Made by a program: the position numbers and the translations under genes. Shown piece after piece: positions 33,500 through 46,760 of a stretch of 64,000 nt of DNA. The stretch comes from Moniliella sp. 'wahieum' (Eukaryota): the NCBI GenBank assembly GCA_003971905.1, contig RSEE01000166.1, positions 1 to 64,000 of the forward strand, written 5' to 3'. The notes below the pieces were generated by a model that did no database searches, was not told the DNA's origin, and saw only the letters and a list, made by a program, of their open reading frames with translations. The stretch's first letter is position 1, and every line of letters begins with the position of its first letter.

Positions 33500-36400
33500 C
33501 TATGGCACCTGCAGCCGCAGCACCACCACCCCGCCGTCGGCGCCGGCCGACACAAGCTCGCACCCACCGGCCGGAACGCCAGTGCACTCACTGCCGCCGC
33601 GTGCAGCTGCATCTGCACCACCACGCGCGCCTCCTCGCCGGCATAGACCACCACCGCGCCATTGTCCATGCCGACGGCGAGGAGGGTGGTGCCGCGGGCG
33701 CGGGTGCTGGCGACCGCGCTCCCGGGCGCCTCCAACGCGAGTGTCCGGCTGGCCTGGCCCGCCGTGCCGGTCCACACCTTGGCCGTTTGTCCCGCCCGAC
33801 AGTGACAAAGTCCTGGTCCGACAGCCACGCGGCGTCGCGGATGGCCTTGTGTGTGCGCGCTCCTGCTTGGCCAGCGGCAAGACGTCGGCCAGGGGAGGGT
33901 GGGAGTCTGTGCGCGTCGGTGCGGGCGCGCGGTGGAGGAGCCACATGCGATCGCGTCCGACGCGGAGCAGTTGGTTGGATGGGTTCCATCGGATGCGCGC
34001 TGCGCCCAACGCGTGGCCGACCAGCTGGGCCGCAGGGCCCAGTGGGCCCGCCGGTCATGCAGCCAGATCTGGGCGCCTTGGGAAGAATGGGTGGAAGCAC
34101 TGGACGCACAGTAGTCGCCGCCATACGCGACGGCCAGCAACGGGTCGCCATGGCCATACAACTTGTCCGTCTCGAGCCAGAGAGTCGCAGTCAGTGCCGC
34201 CTCACTTGGCACGCCGGTCGCGCGGCCTACCGAGACCGAAGAAGCTTTGGTCGACAGGGCCAAGGGGGCCGAACTGGCGCCTTCGGCGCGCTGTTCCACC
34301 GGACGCCATACCAGGCGCGCAAGGCCGTCGACCCAATCTTGCTCGCGGCCAGCTCGGCGGGGTCGGAACCCACCACAGTTTCTCCCGTTGAACCGAGCAC
34401 GTTGATCGTCCACGTGTCCAACCCGGCCAACCCGTTCTGGCGGCGCGTCTCGGCAATCGTTCTCCGCCCGCTTTGGTTTCTTCGGTGAGCACCAGAGCTT
34501 GCAAGTCCGCCTCGCTCCCGGCTGGTCCGCATACGTCCGACAGCGGCACTATGTCCAGTTGCACCTCCCCCCAGGGTGCACGGAACAAGGCGAGAAAGTC
34601 GCGTACATCCCCGATCCGCTCCGAGAGGGACTTGAGTTGGTCCGCATGTTTTTCTTGCTGAGCAACGCGTCGGCTGGTCCAGACAGTCAGTTTCGTGGCC
34701 ATCCAAAGAAGAAAAATAAAAAGAAGATACATACTCGTCACGCCTACCACCACGCGTTGGTGGGCCAGCAGAGCAGCCATGCTCAGCAGCACTTTGTGGC
34801 CCACATGCAAGTGGTCAAACGTGCCACCCAAGGCGACCGAGTTGTACGATGGAAAGCTTGCCGTGCTCTTCTCCATCGGTTCGGGGGCAGCAAGGGGAGG
34901 CAGACGAGTGGCCGTTGGCAGGGGAACTTGATCGAGAAGGAGCGGACTTTGACCCGAAACAAACAGATTCGCGCCCTGGAAATGGGGGTGGGACAGAAGA
35001 GGCCTGAGAGGACGCTGGGACGGGACGAGGAGCACATCGATCTGCATATCCAGACGATCGTGTTTCACCGCTTCGGCCCAAACTTGGGCATAAACGCCCG
35101 CGACAAACGTCTCGACCGCAGTAAATGACAACTGAGCAAGCGAGTCCCACAAGGGCGAGACGACAAGAACAGTAAGCGAAGCCGAGGGGAGAAAGGTCCA
35201 TAGGAAGAGTGAGGTCCAAATCGGCCATAGACGCCAACAGGGTGTCCTTTAGGATATGGGGGTTGGGTACAGCTTCGCCTCCCATCTCCACCACTAGCGC
35301 TGCCTTTCTCTCGGCGCGAGGAACAAGCGACTGAGCCAGCTCAACAAAGCCCTGCGGTGCCTCGAACGCCCGCACCACCTTTTCTTCAGCGCCGCTGACA
35401 AAGGCGAGTCCTGACGGGTCGTAGAAGGAGACGCCCGTCATGGCGTATCCATGGACCTGAGGCCGCGCCAGCTGAACCCACTCGTCATCCTGCACCACGG
35501 CATGAAGGCGCGTCGTGCGGTCGTGGCCAACGGTGAGGAACCATTGTCCGTGCGATGCCCAGGCAAGGTCGCGAACGGCGTCCTGATGGCCGCCCACGCG
35601 AGCTGCGGCGGCGGCCCAGCGCTCGCCTTGGCGAACGAACAGGTGAGCAGCTCCATTCCACGCATGGGTAAGGATCTGCGCTTCCTTCCCTGGCAGGCCT
35701 GGGAGCCAGGCAGCGCGTACCAGCCTCCGGTAGCCACCCCGCCCACCTCGCCCAGTCGGGCCGAGGAGAGCCAGAGTTGTTGCTCGCCGCGCGCGACCGT
35801 GGTCGGAGCCCAGACGATCGCACTGCCGTCCACGCCGGCGGAGAGGAGGCGTGTTCCGGCCCCTGGGTCGAGGGGAACGCCCATCGCACATCTTGCACCC
35901 ACCCCTCATGCCCCAGCAACAGTGCATCAAAGCGCACGGTCACCACTGTGGCTTGCGGCAGCCCCGATAGGGGAAACGGGTGTGCCTTGGTGGTCATGCC
36001 TCGCTCATCGGCGCGGTCCTGCTCGATCCGCTGGGCAAGCGATTCGAACGCGTCGGTCTCCTTGTGGTCTCGTCCAGGGGGCGCGAAGAGAGGGTGATCT
36101 TCCAAAGACGAATGCAGGCATCCTGCGAAGCTGTAGCCAACATCAACTCGTTCTTGTCCGTGTTGTCGGACGACGGAATGGTGCAAAAGTCCAAGGCGCG
36201 GACCCAGTCGTCGTGGCCCTCGAGCGTAGCAACGCGCTGAAACGTGTCGTGCCCAGCACCGACCCCGTGCTGCTGAGCATAGAGGTAAATGTTCTTGGTC
36301 GTGGTTCCGACCGCCAACAGTAGTCGGTTGGTGCCGGGAATCGGAGCGAGGCCAAGCGCAAGCGGCAGCGCTTGGGGCGGCAAGGTGAGGAGCTGCGTGT

Positions 36401-36946
36401 GCTCCACCTGCACCAGCGGGGCAGCAGCGAGGGTGGTAATGGCAATCGTCCCCTCCGACCCGGCTGTGACAACGACCGAGTCAACGCCCAACGCAGACGA
36501 GGTAGCCGTCAGCGACCCGATCGCCGCGACGGAGCCGTGGTGGCGGTGGGGCAGGGTCAAGGCGGGGGTCCAGGCGAGGCGGGCGTGCGGGCTGAGAAGC
36601 AGGCCGGCAGGCGGGGTTGCCGGGCGGCGCTGGGGACAAAGAGATGGGTGGCGCCGTGCGCGTCGCCGACGGCCAGCGCATACGCATGGCCCTGGTCGCC
36701 GTGGGCCAGGAGGCGGATGGCGGTCACCTCGGCCGGGGCGGGCTGGACGAGGAGGGAGGCGATGCGGACGCCCGTCGGGCCAGGCCGCTCGGAGGTTAGG
36801 ACGAGTGGGACGAGGCGGCGACGAGCACGGGGAGCGTTCCGTCTGCGTCTCCACCGCGGCATCCCGTGGATGCTGACGACAGCCGAGTCGACGACGCGCG
36901 CGGCGCGGGCGATGCCGGCCGAGGCATACAGCAGCGAGGCGGCCAT
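33500..36946 (-). CDS. ELP2: Elongator subunit Elp2 (WD40) containing an internal phosphopantetheine adenylyltransferase module
   Basis: Elp2 motifs in order: [80 protein letters not shown] [insert] [25 protein letters not shown], then further WD repeats to LVSAGADG. Confidence 0.9.
34311..35310 (-). CDS. CAB4: phosphopantetheine adenylyltransferase (Cab4-like, HxGH nucleotidyltransferase) domain nested in ELP2
   Basis: [27 protein letters not shown]|intron 34674-34734, [48 protein letters not shown]. Upstream FVAGVYAQ...QIDVLL is typical of the fungal Cab4 N-terminus. Confidence 0.85.
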
Positions 36947-37294
36947 CGCGGGCGATGGATGGAGGGCCGCTGTGGTTATAGCAGGCATATAGCAGGCATG
37001 GCCCCAGCTCCCTCGCAGAAAAAGAGGCTGCCCGCTGACGTCAGCCGCCCGCCACGTGACCCCGCGGTGCCTCGCAGCGGACTAGGGCGACGTGGCGAGG
37101 CGGAATTGAGGCGCTGCGCGTCTTCCAACCAACACCCCTGCCGCACGGCGCCAGTGTCGCGCGCTGGGATGTGGCGCTGGACGGGGCCAGCTGGGCCACC
37201 GGGCTGGCCCCCACCTGGCTGGCGTGCCGCCGCCACCCGCTCTTCCCCCCCCACCATCCCCATCCCATCCCCACCCCATCCCACGCCCCTTCCC

Positions 37295-37818
37295 ATGTCC
37301 GACGCCGAGTTCAAAGAGGCCTTTGCCCTGTTCGACAAGCGCGGCACCGGCCAGATCCCCTCGTCGGTGCTGGGCGACCTGCTGCGTGCGCTGGGCCAGA
37401 ACCCGACCCAGGCCGAGGTTGCCGAGCTGGTCGCCGCTATCCCGCCGCCCGGCGAGATTGACTATGCCACCTTTGTCTCCATCCTGCAGCGGCCCAACGG
37501 CTTCAAGCCGGCCGGCACGCCCGACGAGTTCATCCGTGGCTTCCAGGTGTTTGACAAGGAGGGCAACGGGTTCATTGGCGCTGGGGAGCTGCGCTACGTG
37601 CTCACTTCGCTGGGAGAAAAGTTGAGCGACGAAGAGGTGGACGAGCTGCTGAAAGGAGTGCCTGTGTCTGCGTACGTTGACCCTCTTGCGCTGTATTTTT
37701 GTCTCTCTGGTTCGCGCTGCTGGTGCGCCTCGCCTTGGCCGCTGCTAACCCCGCCCCGGCTCTCAGCGATGGCAACATCAACTACGAGCAGTTTGTCCGC
37801 CAAATTCTGGCCCAGTGA
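37295..37818 (+). CDS. cdc4: myosin light chain (Cdc4/Mlc1, EF-hand)
   Basis: [19 protein letters not shown]...[13 protein letters not shown]...[43 protein letters not shown]. Intron 37672-37766, then [16 protein letters not shown]. Confidence 0.96.
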
Positions 37819-38331
37819 CGCAGGCTTGTGATTGACCCTGGCCCACTTCCATCTTGTTACGTCCGTCTGTCTATGAACACACCCCATTCTCCCTCGCGCG
37901 CTTGGGAGGGAAGCCAGATGCATCGTAGCCGTGGGCCTAACGCACAGGGGCGATGGCAGTAGCAAGGATGGACGCCCTGGGCTGCGTGCTGTCGTGGGCT
38001 CTGGCCGGGGGCGCTTGGATACCGACGCAGTGTGAGAAGAGCAGGCTAGGGAGTAGTGGCCAGGCGTCAGCGCTGAGCCGAGGCTCGCGGCGAGCAGGTG
38101 GGGCAGGGAAGGCAGCCAGGCAGATCCAATACCCAGCAAGCACTAGGGTTGGCCCCCACCGGCTGCAATCTGAAATGTTGCAGGGCAGCTTAAGCGAAGC
38201 GTCCACGTGGCCACGTCCGAGCGGCGGCGCGAGCGGCCACGTGGAAGAAGAAGCCGTCGCTCGCCCGCCGCTCGCAGCGTCGCTGGCCACCACCATCTCT
38301 CTTCCCCTTCCCTCCCTCCCCCCTGCTCCCC

Positions 38332-39789
38332 ATGGTTGCGATCCGCCGTGTTTGGGGCGGCGTGTTTGCCACGCTACTTGCCCTGGCCAGCGCCGTGGTC
38401 GCGACGCCGGCTGGTACGCCCTCGCCCTCCCTCGGCCACCGGCACGCGCACCCTCGTCGTCCTTCCCGACGGCCAGACGCCCGACGCGTACGGCGTGCTG
38501 GCCAACCACCTGACCGCCAAGGGGTACCACCTCTCCTTCCGCACCGCATCTGGCAAGCCGCTCGATAAGGGCGTTGTAGCCGCAGACGTGACGCTGGACC
38601 GCTGGGGCAGCAACCAATTTGACCACCTGCTGCAGCTGGCGCCTACGCTCGGCTCGTCCCCCGCTCCGGACCTGGCGCCGCAACGGCTTGTGTCCTTCCT
38701 CAAGCGCGGGGCAACGCAGTGCTAGCGTACGATGCGACTTCGCCAGACGCCTACCGCGACCTGGCGCACGAGTTCCACGTCAGCTTCGCGCCGCGTGGCG
38801 AGGCGGTGGTGGACCATTTCCGCGCGCTCCCCACGGGGGGCATTTTGGTCGGCGGAGAGTCGGAGGCTGGCCTGGCGCCCGGTGGGTGGTGGCCAACCCC
38901 ATTATCTTTTCCCGCTCGACGATCGAGACGCTGGCTAAGCAGCCGATCGTGTACGACGGCGTGGCGCACACCCTGGGCGACTTGCCGCTTGGCTTCCCGC
39001 TTCTCGTCGCGCCCGGCACGGCGTACAGCGCAGCCGAGGGCGGGGAGGTGGTGGGGTGCGGACGCGGTGCTCGTCTCGGCGTTCCAGCTGCAGGACACGT
39101 CGTCCCGTGTGATCTTCCTTGGTTCGACAGAGATGGTGAAGGATAGCGCGTTGACGGCTGGTGCGGATGGCGAGGCGGTGCAGGCGCGGTCGGGCCCGGC
39201 GTATGCGCACAGCGGCAACCTCGCCTTTTTGTCGGACGCACTGGCGTGGGGCATGCAGGAACGTGGGGTGGTGCGTGTGGTGGGCACGGCGCACCACCGT
39301 GTGCATGCGCCCGAGGACGAGCGGCCGAGCTACGAGGAAGACGAGGATGGGAACGCCATGTACCGCGTCAAGGACACGTCGAGTACAGCATCGACCTCCA
39401 AGCCTACTCTCCCACCGAGGGCTGGCACGCTGCGCCGACCGACCTCGGGGTGCAGGTATCGCTGGTGATGTTGGATCCGTATGAGGTGGTGGAGCTGGAG
39501 GCGGCCGTGGACGGGGCCAAGACGCGCTACCACGCGCACGTTCAGCTGCCCGACCGGCACGGCGTGTTTACCTTTGTGGTGGACTGGAAGCGGTTTGGCT
39601 ACTCGTTTGTCACGGCCAAGGACACGGCGCCCGTGCGGCCGTTCAACTCGGACGAGCATCCGCGCTGGCTCAGCGCCGCGTACCCCTATGCCGCCGGCGC
39701 TCTCAGCACCCTCGCTGGCTTCACTGCCTTTGCCGCGCTCTGGCTCTTTACGCCGTACGACGAAGCGGCCCAAGGCCAAGCTGGCGTAA
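38332..39789 (+). CDS. WBP1: oligosaccharyltransferase subunit Wbp1/OST48
   Basis: Signal peptide; LVSAFQ...SRVIFLGS; MYRVKD; MLDPY; LPDRHGVFTFVVDWKRFGYS; VRPF..DE.PR.LSAAYPY; C-terminal TM and KAKLA ER-retrieval-like end. Confidence 0.93.
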
Positions 39790-40999
39790 GCCTGCCCAAG
39801 CCCCTCATTGCAGCAGCCCGCTTGCCCCCGAAAACAAACGCAGTGACTCCCATTGACGTGAATAGTGAATAGGTGTGTGTGCACAATAGCGGTAGCATAC
39901 GTCTCACGATCCTGCCCGTCTCGACCGGTGGGTAACATTTCCTTGCAACTGAGGGGGCCTTGTCGGGGCGGGGTCGGCAGGTTGTACGTGTACAGGCGGT
40001 GATCAGGCCTCAGGACAGGCTAGGGCGGTGGGAATGCGATATTACCCCCGTCCGGCGCCGGCCGGAACCGGGGAGAAGAGAGGATGGGAGCAACGCATTC
40101 ACTTTTTCACCATTCACCATTCACTATTTGCCATTCACCATTCATTCAGCTGAAAGCGGGGTCCAACGTTCAACGTCAACACGTTCACCTGTCCAGGAGA
40201 CGCATGGTCTGGTTGCGAGGCACATGTACGCACCACTCCTATCGCCCCCACACCGCATCCCACGCAGCCACCCAGCGGCTCTGCTCCCATTCTCCCATGG
40301 CTGGCTGCTGCTTGGCTTGTTTGCAGTCAGATGCATGATGCATGATCGATAATCGATGATCGATGATCAGCCATCGCCCCTCCCCCCCTTCCCACCACAA
40401 ACACTAAAACGGGGCACGAGGCAGACTCAAGGAAAACACAGGGACTGGCCCTAAGGCCTAAGGCCGTAGCCCAAGGCCGAAGGCGTGGGGAAACGTGTGT
40501 ACGTAGAGTCGGTCGTATTCATCTCGGTCATGCACGTCGCCGTCGCCGTGAGACACACCAGGGGCCTAAACAGGGGACCAAAGAGACCAAGGACATCAAG
40601 GACATCAAGGAGACCAGAGCGGCCAGGGAGGCAGACCAGAGGACCAAGCGGGCCATGCACCGAAACCCAAAAGAGGACAAAGACGAAATAAAGTAAGAGG
40701 GGTACAGTACACAAAAGGCGGTGCAGGAAACGTGAGGAACCGGCGGGCGGGGTACGGGGGGGGCAGAAATGGGGAGGGGGGGGTGGGAGGGGCGGGACGT
40801 GTTCGGGATGGTCGTAACGATGGTTTGAAACGGGGGCGGTTCGGATGGCAGGGAATGCTGCATCGGAACGGTGCGCAGGTCGGAATGGTGGGAGAACGGC
40901 GGACAGAAACGCGCGAAATGAAGGAGGGGGGGAAAAATAGGGAGCGGACAGGAGAGGCAGGAGCAGGAAGGAGAGGTGGGGGGGGGGGGGGGATCAGGT

Positions 41000-41906
41000 A
41001 GCAGCCTAGGGTACGCAGAGCGATAGCGCAACCCCCGCGTTCCAAAGGATGGATGGGCGTAAGGTTCATCAGCTGTCCCATCCTCGGCGTCGGAGGACGC
41101 GAGACATCCGAATCGTCCATGTCAGACCCATCAAAGCCCAGCGGCCCATGTACGCCCACATCCATCGATCCGGGCTCTTGTTCTTCCAGCGGACTCGGGT
41201 CCACCTCGGCCAGCTCATCCACATGCACCATCTGGTGCCTTGGGATAGCGGGGAGGGGCAAGGCGGCCGACCGAGGCGGGGACATGGCATCGGTGGCACT
41301 GGCCTTGCGGGCCCGGTGGTTGGCTAGCAGCGTCGACGCATCGTACGTGCCCGGGGTCAAAAGGGGGGCCTTTTCACCAGCCGGGGCACGCGGGCAGTGG
41401 GACAAGCAGCGAGCTGGTAGACATGGGCGTGGGGACCGGGCCAGGCTACAAAGTCGGCCTCCTTGCCCGGCACGGAGGCGAGTTGGATCTGCGAACGGGG
41501 GGGCGAACGTGGACGCGAACTCGGCGCAGGCCTGCGGGGAGATGGCGAGGGTCAGTGGGGGGCAGAACGAGAGGGTGGAGAGGAGGACATACCCAGTGTG
41601 CGGAAGACAGCATAGCTGGCCACGTCGACGAGGATGAGGGCGATGAGGGAGGAGGAAGAGGATGGAGGCCATGGACAGAGGGTGGCAACGAGGGCGAGCA
41701 GAGGCGGGAGGGGCGGGTGGAAGAGAAAGCCCAGACCGTCTTGGCCATCTGGGCCGGCGGGGGCCAGGTGGGCGGGGCGGCTGCGAGAGCGGGAGGAGGG
41801 CGGAGGGAGGGTAGGCGTGGGTGAGAAGGAGGGCGAGGGAGAGCGCGATGGTGGCGGCGCAGATGGAGGCGAGGGCGATGGGGTCGACGCGGGGGGAGGT
41901 GTGCAT
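41000..41906 (-). CDS. hypothetical membrane protein
   Basis: MHTSPRVDPIALASICAATIALSLALLL after a pyrimidine-rich leader; GTATGT...CTGAC...CAG intron at ~41531-41592. No family recognised; the end is uncertain. Confidence 0.5.
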
Positions 41907-43645
41907 GGCGGGGGAGGAGGAAGAGATGGAGGTGGTGGTGGTGGTGTGGCAGGGAAAGAGCGGGCAGAAGAAGAAGGCAGATGAGCCTGCGCAGGAGCGA
42001 TACGAATGCAAGCGAGATGGGCGAGGCGATAACCAGGAACTAGTAACTAGAACTGACTGGCCAATAATAAAAGGCGCAAGAGCACGCCAGTGGCTGGGGA
42101 CCCGCACGTCGCAGCGCTCTAACCGGGCGTGTGTGTGAGGCGCACGGGGCGAGTGTGCGGCGGGGCGTGCGGGGCGCGGGGCGGGGCAGGCGGGCAGTGT
42201 GGGCGGGGTTGGAGGTTGAAAGTTTGAGTGGGCGGGTGGCGGACGCGGTGGAATTTGGCCGCCGCTCGGCTGGAGGAATGGGGAGCGGGGCGCGGGGGCA
42301 GTGTGCCTCCTGCTGGGTGAAAAATTCCCATTAAGTACTAACCCTCCACCCATGCCTGACAGGTGGGTGTCCCACGCCAGGCGGCATCCATCGGCCAGTA
42401 GCAGTACGTGGCAACACTCAGCTCGGACGCGGTACGCAGTACGCAGTACGCAGTACGCAGTACGTGCCGTCGCAAGTGTCCGTGCTGCCCTGTCCGACCC
42501 TACCCGCCCGACCCAGTTTTAGTCCACGCCGGTGGCAACATCCACATGGATGGATGAGCAGCATGCATAACGTCCCTGCCCCCCCTGCGCCCAACCGGCA
42601 GGGTGTAGGCATGTGCGCGTAAGGGCATGGCGGGGGGCTGGGGCCCTGACGCCTGAGGCCCAGGAATGAGGATGGGACAAGCGAAAGCGAAAGGAAGACA
42701 GAGGGGCAGAGGTAGAGGGAAAGGGAAGGGGAGAGGGAAAGGGAAAAGGAGAGGGAGAGAAACGAGAACAGCGGGAGGAAGAGAGATGAAACGAAACCGT
42801 GTGGATGGGAGGGGGGGGAGGAGAGGGGAACCCAAAGCACAAAGGCACAGAGAGCAGAGAGCGAGAGCAAAGCAGAGCGCAGATGCAAGCAAAAAAGATA
42901 CGTCCAATGAGATGTGAGAGTTGAGATTCGGGAGTTTGAGAGGATAAAGTTGAGAATTGAGATCGAGTACGTTGAGACGTTGAGATGACATCTGAGATCT
43001 GACATGGGACAACCGAACAGGAGACCCTTAGTAGCTACCCGGGGAGTCCGCTCCGCTGCCGCCCGGATCTGATCTCGAATCTTCATCTGTAGCGATTAGA
43101 GCGTGGATGGAAGAAAGCGTTGCCACGCGCGCCCGGCCGGCCGGACAGGTGACCAAAACCAGCAACGAGAAACAAAAATAAACTGCTCGAACCTTGAAGC
43201 TTGAAGCTTGACCCTTGGAAGATTGACCCTGGAAGCTTAAGCCAAGCACCTCTCCTGCCCCCGGCGCACGCCGTGACGCCACCGTGCATCCCTTGGGCCT
43301 CACATGTCACAGGCAGCGGGCCAGAGGAGGCAATCGGCGGGCAGAAGCAAGTGAGAAGGACCGAGCCAGCTTGGCTCGCGCGGTCAAGCGAGTCACACGG
43401 GGTCCACCCCAGTCCAGAGACAAGGGCGCAAAGGAGGGACGCAGGCGAAGCGAGGGAAATGAAATGAGTGCTGATAGTGCTGAGAGTGCTGAGAGTGCGG
43501 AGTGCTGAGTGCTAGGTGCTGAGTGCAGAGGTACTGAGGGGGCGGAACAGACGAAGCGAGGGGACCAGTGAGGCGAGGCAAAACAAAGGCAAAACAGGGG
43601 AAAGGCAAGGCGGAGGCAGAGGGAGCAAGAGGCCGCAAGCCCCGC

Positions 43646-45511
43646 TTAGGCAGCCATCGCAGCCGGCTTGCCGTTCTTCTGCAACGAGCGTGCCGGGCCC
43701 GGGCGGGCGCGACCCCACGAACCATAGGAGCCGCGCTTGGTGCTGCGTGCAGTGACCAGGGTGAACTCGTCCGCGCTCGGGGTCGGGCGGGGTGCAGCGG
43801 GAGCCGGAGCAGCGGTAGCGGGGGGGAGCCGGAGCGGCAGCGGCAGCGGCAGCGGCAGCGGCAGCCGCCGGTCGCGGCTGGACTGGCACGCCGCTGGACG
43901 CCTCCAGGGCGTCGGGGTGGCTGGTTTGTCCGTTGGAAGCGCCTGCGCCTGAGTCGGCGCCTCGGTCGTGGTCTGGGCCTTGGTCTTGGGGTCCTTGACG
44001 TTCCTGGACTGTTTGGTATACTTAGCCTCGGTCTTTTCCGACTCGGCCTTCTCTGCGGACGCCGAGACGATGGCAGAAAAGTTTTTCTTGGGCTGCAAGT
44101 CTGCGAGACGGGGGCAGCGGCGGGGGCGGGGTCGTGTGCGCCGCCAGGGCTGGGAAGTCGGCCGAGGAGAGAGAGGGTTGCGGGAGAGGCTTGGTAGATT
44201 TACGAGTACGGTGACGGGACGCGGCGCGCGCGGGCGAGCTTCGTCCTCCGTCTTGGCCTCGCCTACGGGTGCCGACTCGTCCTTGCGCCGCGGCAGGCGT
44301 TTGGGCAAGCCCGCTGGTTGCCGCCCGCCTTGCCCGACACATCCGTCCCATCGGGCATGAGGTGCGGGAAGGCACAGTCGTCGCCCTTGTTGCAAATGCC
44401 CTGCGGGAAGTAGCGGCAGGGCGGCAGGGGACCCGAACGCTTGGTAGGCCGGCCCGTGCCGGTCCCGCGCGGTTTGCGGTACGCACGGCCCTCGAGCGGA
44501 GGCAGGTGCATTGGTGCGCCCGTGCGCGGAAGCGACGGCTCAAATGGCGCCGCGTCCGCCTTGACGGGCGTCGAGGCGACGCTGCAGCCGGAGCAGAAGC
44601 ATCGGCGCGAGTGCCAGCCGAGTCCAGGCCAGGTGTGCCTTCCGTCGCAGGCGCTCGTCTGTAGGCTGAGCAGGGAGGAATGGGCCCGGGGCCGAAGCAG
44701 GGGAAGGGATGGAGACAGGAGCAGGGTGAGCGCCAGGCACAGGCGCGCCGTAGCCCATCACGGCTGGCATGTACATCTGCTCCGGGCCAGGAGGGAAAGG
44801 GTAGACAAAGCCCGGCGGCGGGTAATACATCGGCACGCCTTCCTCCGCCTCGGGCGGCGGGACATTGGGAACGGTGGACGGGTGGAAAAAAGACGCACTG
44901 CTCGCCGTACCGGCAGTGCGGGAAGAAGCGGCAGGGAATCGTCCGGGCCACGTCGGGGGGAGGGAAGCGAGCCCAAACCAGTGGGAGCCCCGTTGACGCA
45001 GGAGGCATGCCGTGCGGCATGGGCGGGAGCACCATGCCATTCGGGCCGACAAAGGCAGCGGGGAACTCGGGCGGGACCTGGCCCGGAGCAGCCGGGTAAA
45101 AGTATCCCGGTCCTGGCACGCCATAGGGGGCGTCACAGCAGGGGCACGCACCGTCTCCGGCTCGACCGACACGTGCGGGAGTACAGCCGCAACGGCTGGG
45201 TGAGCACGGGCCTGCTCAGGGTCAACCTGAGCCGGGTCGGCGCCTGACGAGAAGGGTGTTAGAAGGCGAAGCGTGCGGGGGAGTAGGGAGGCGAAGCAGC
45301 AAGAGAGGGGAAAGAACAACATACCACGGGCGAGGAGGTCGCGCACAATGTCGGCGTGGCCGGCGCTGGAAGCAGCCTGGAGCAGCGTCTGGCCCTGATC
45401 AGTGGTGGTAAGGGCGGGGGCGCTAGGCGCAGCAAGCGCAGCGTGAAGAGCAGGCAGGTCGCCCTTGCGGGCAGCAGCGAACGCCTGTGTGTGCGTCTCA
45501 GAGTCGGCCAT
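43646..45511 (-). CDS. ankyrin repeat + two CCCH zinc-finger protein
   Basis: AFAAARKGD...GQTLLQAASSAGHADIVRDLLARG|ADP (ankyrin, intron); IPCRFFPHCRYGEQCVF-HP and PCRYFPQGICNKGDDCAFPH (CCCH). Confidence 0.85.
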
Positions 45512-45869
45512 GCTCAAGCGAAGGAGAGAAAGGAAGAAGGAGGAAGAACAGAAAAGGGGGTGGAGGCGGAGACGGAGAAGAAGAAGAAGGAGAAGGAGGG
45601 GAGGCGGGGTGGAGGAAAAAGAAAAGCCGTCCAGCGAGCACTTCGAAAAATCCAACCCATTCTTCTCAGCCTGTTCCGCCTGTTCCGCCTGCAAGATGTC
45701 GGGTGCAATGGTTGGGTGCCAAAGCCTGTGCGGCCCAGCCCCGCCACGATCGCAATTGGACCAGGCCACTACCAGGCCCCAGGGGGGCGCAGGCAGGCCG
45801 ACACCCACTACACAGAATGCGCACTTCTACGGCTGTACAAGACCACGCACATGGCCATGCGGTATGGGA

Positions 45870-46760
45870 ATGAGCCAGGGAGCATCTACAGAACAGAACG
45901 GAATACAGGGTCAAGCAAGCGGCAGCCATCACGATGCCGACAGCGCAGGCGGGCCCGTCACCGTCTCATCCGGATCCTGCATCGGGACCGACGAGGTGGT
46001 CTGGGCCCAGCGCGACATGGATCCGCTCCCATTCACAGTGGATGAACACTGGGCACGGAGCGGTGTCCGAAACGGCTGGGAATCGCAGGGCCACCCGACA
46101 GGGACGAGTGTGCCGGTTTGGCAGGCAGGCCAGCTAGGCCGCCCAGGCTGCTCAGCGAGCCGGTAGCCTGATGGCCCCGCTCGAGAGGCCCCGTGGACGA
46201 GAGAGAGAGATGGAAGCCGATTGCAATGCAGGTCCCGCGGAGCGGAGCGGACGCAGTGGGTTCAGGGATCGATGCCAAGGAACTCACCGAGCTGGTGCCG
46301 CGAACGTGCGAACCGGCAATCCGGCTCCGCGGCCGGTTCTGGACAGAAGCAAGAATGGTGCTAGCATTGGGCCCGTCGTAAGGGCGCACCTGAGCTTTCC
46401 TACCAGGCGCATTCTTGAGCCCTGAATGCGGGTGGAGCAGACGGGTAAGGTAGGCCGCTTGGCTGGAGAACAGAGTGGGGGGTGAGTATACCGAGAAGCG
46501 CACATGCAGCGGGGACGACACACCTGTCGCAGGATCGGCAAAGACAACGTAGACGCAGTTATCGTCCACCCATTTGATCTTGAAACCGCCGCGGTCGTCC
46601 TCCCAGGGGCAAAAGATGGCCTGAATGTCGCGTGTTTTGAGGTCGGCGTGAAAGTCGCGCAGCTCGAGGATGCGGGTGAGGAGGGGCGAGCTGACAAAGG
46701 CGGTGGAGCCGATGGCGGAGGGCAGGGAGGAGGGTGTTGCAAAATGAAGGAAGCAGTCAT
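45870..46760 (-). CDS. RRM-like domain protein (R3HCC1/Thc1-like)
   Basis: TRILELRDFHADLKTRDIQAIF..W....GFKIKWVDDNCVYVVFADPAT|AKRAYL, followed by an S/R/G-rich tail. The end is approximate. Confidence 0.7.

Noticed and set aside
43031..43046. Telomerase RNA template match to the 40-mer (GCTACCCGGGGAG)
   Set aside because: Short and gapped; expected by chance in 64 kb of GC-rich DNA. No full-unit copy was found outside the array.
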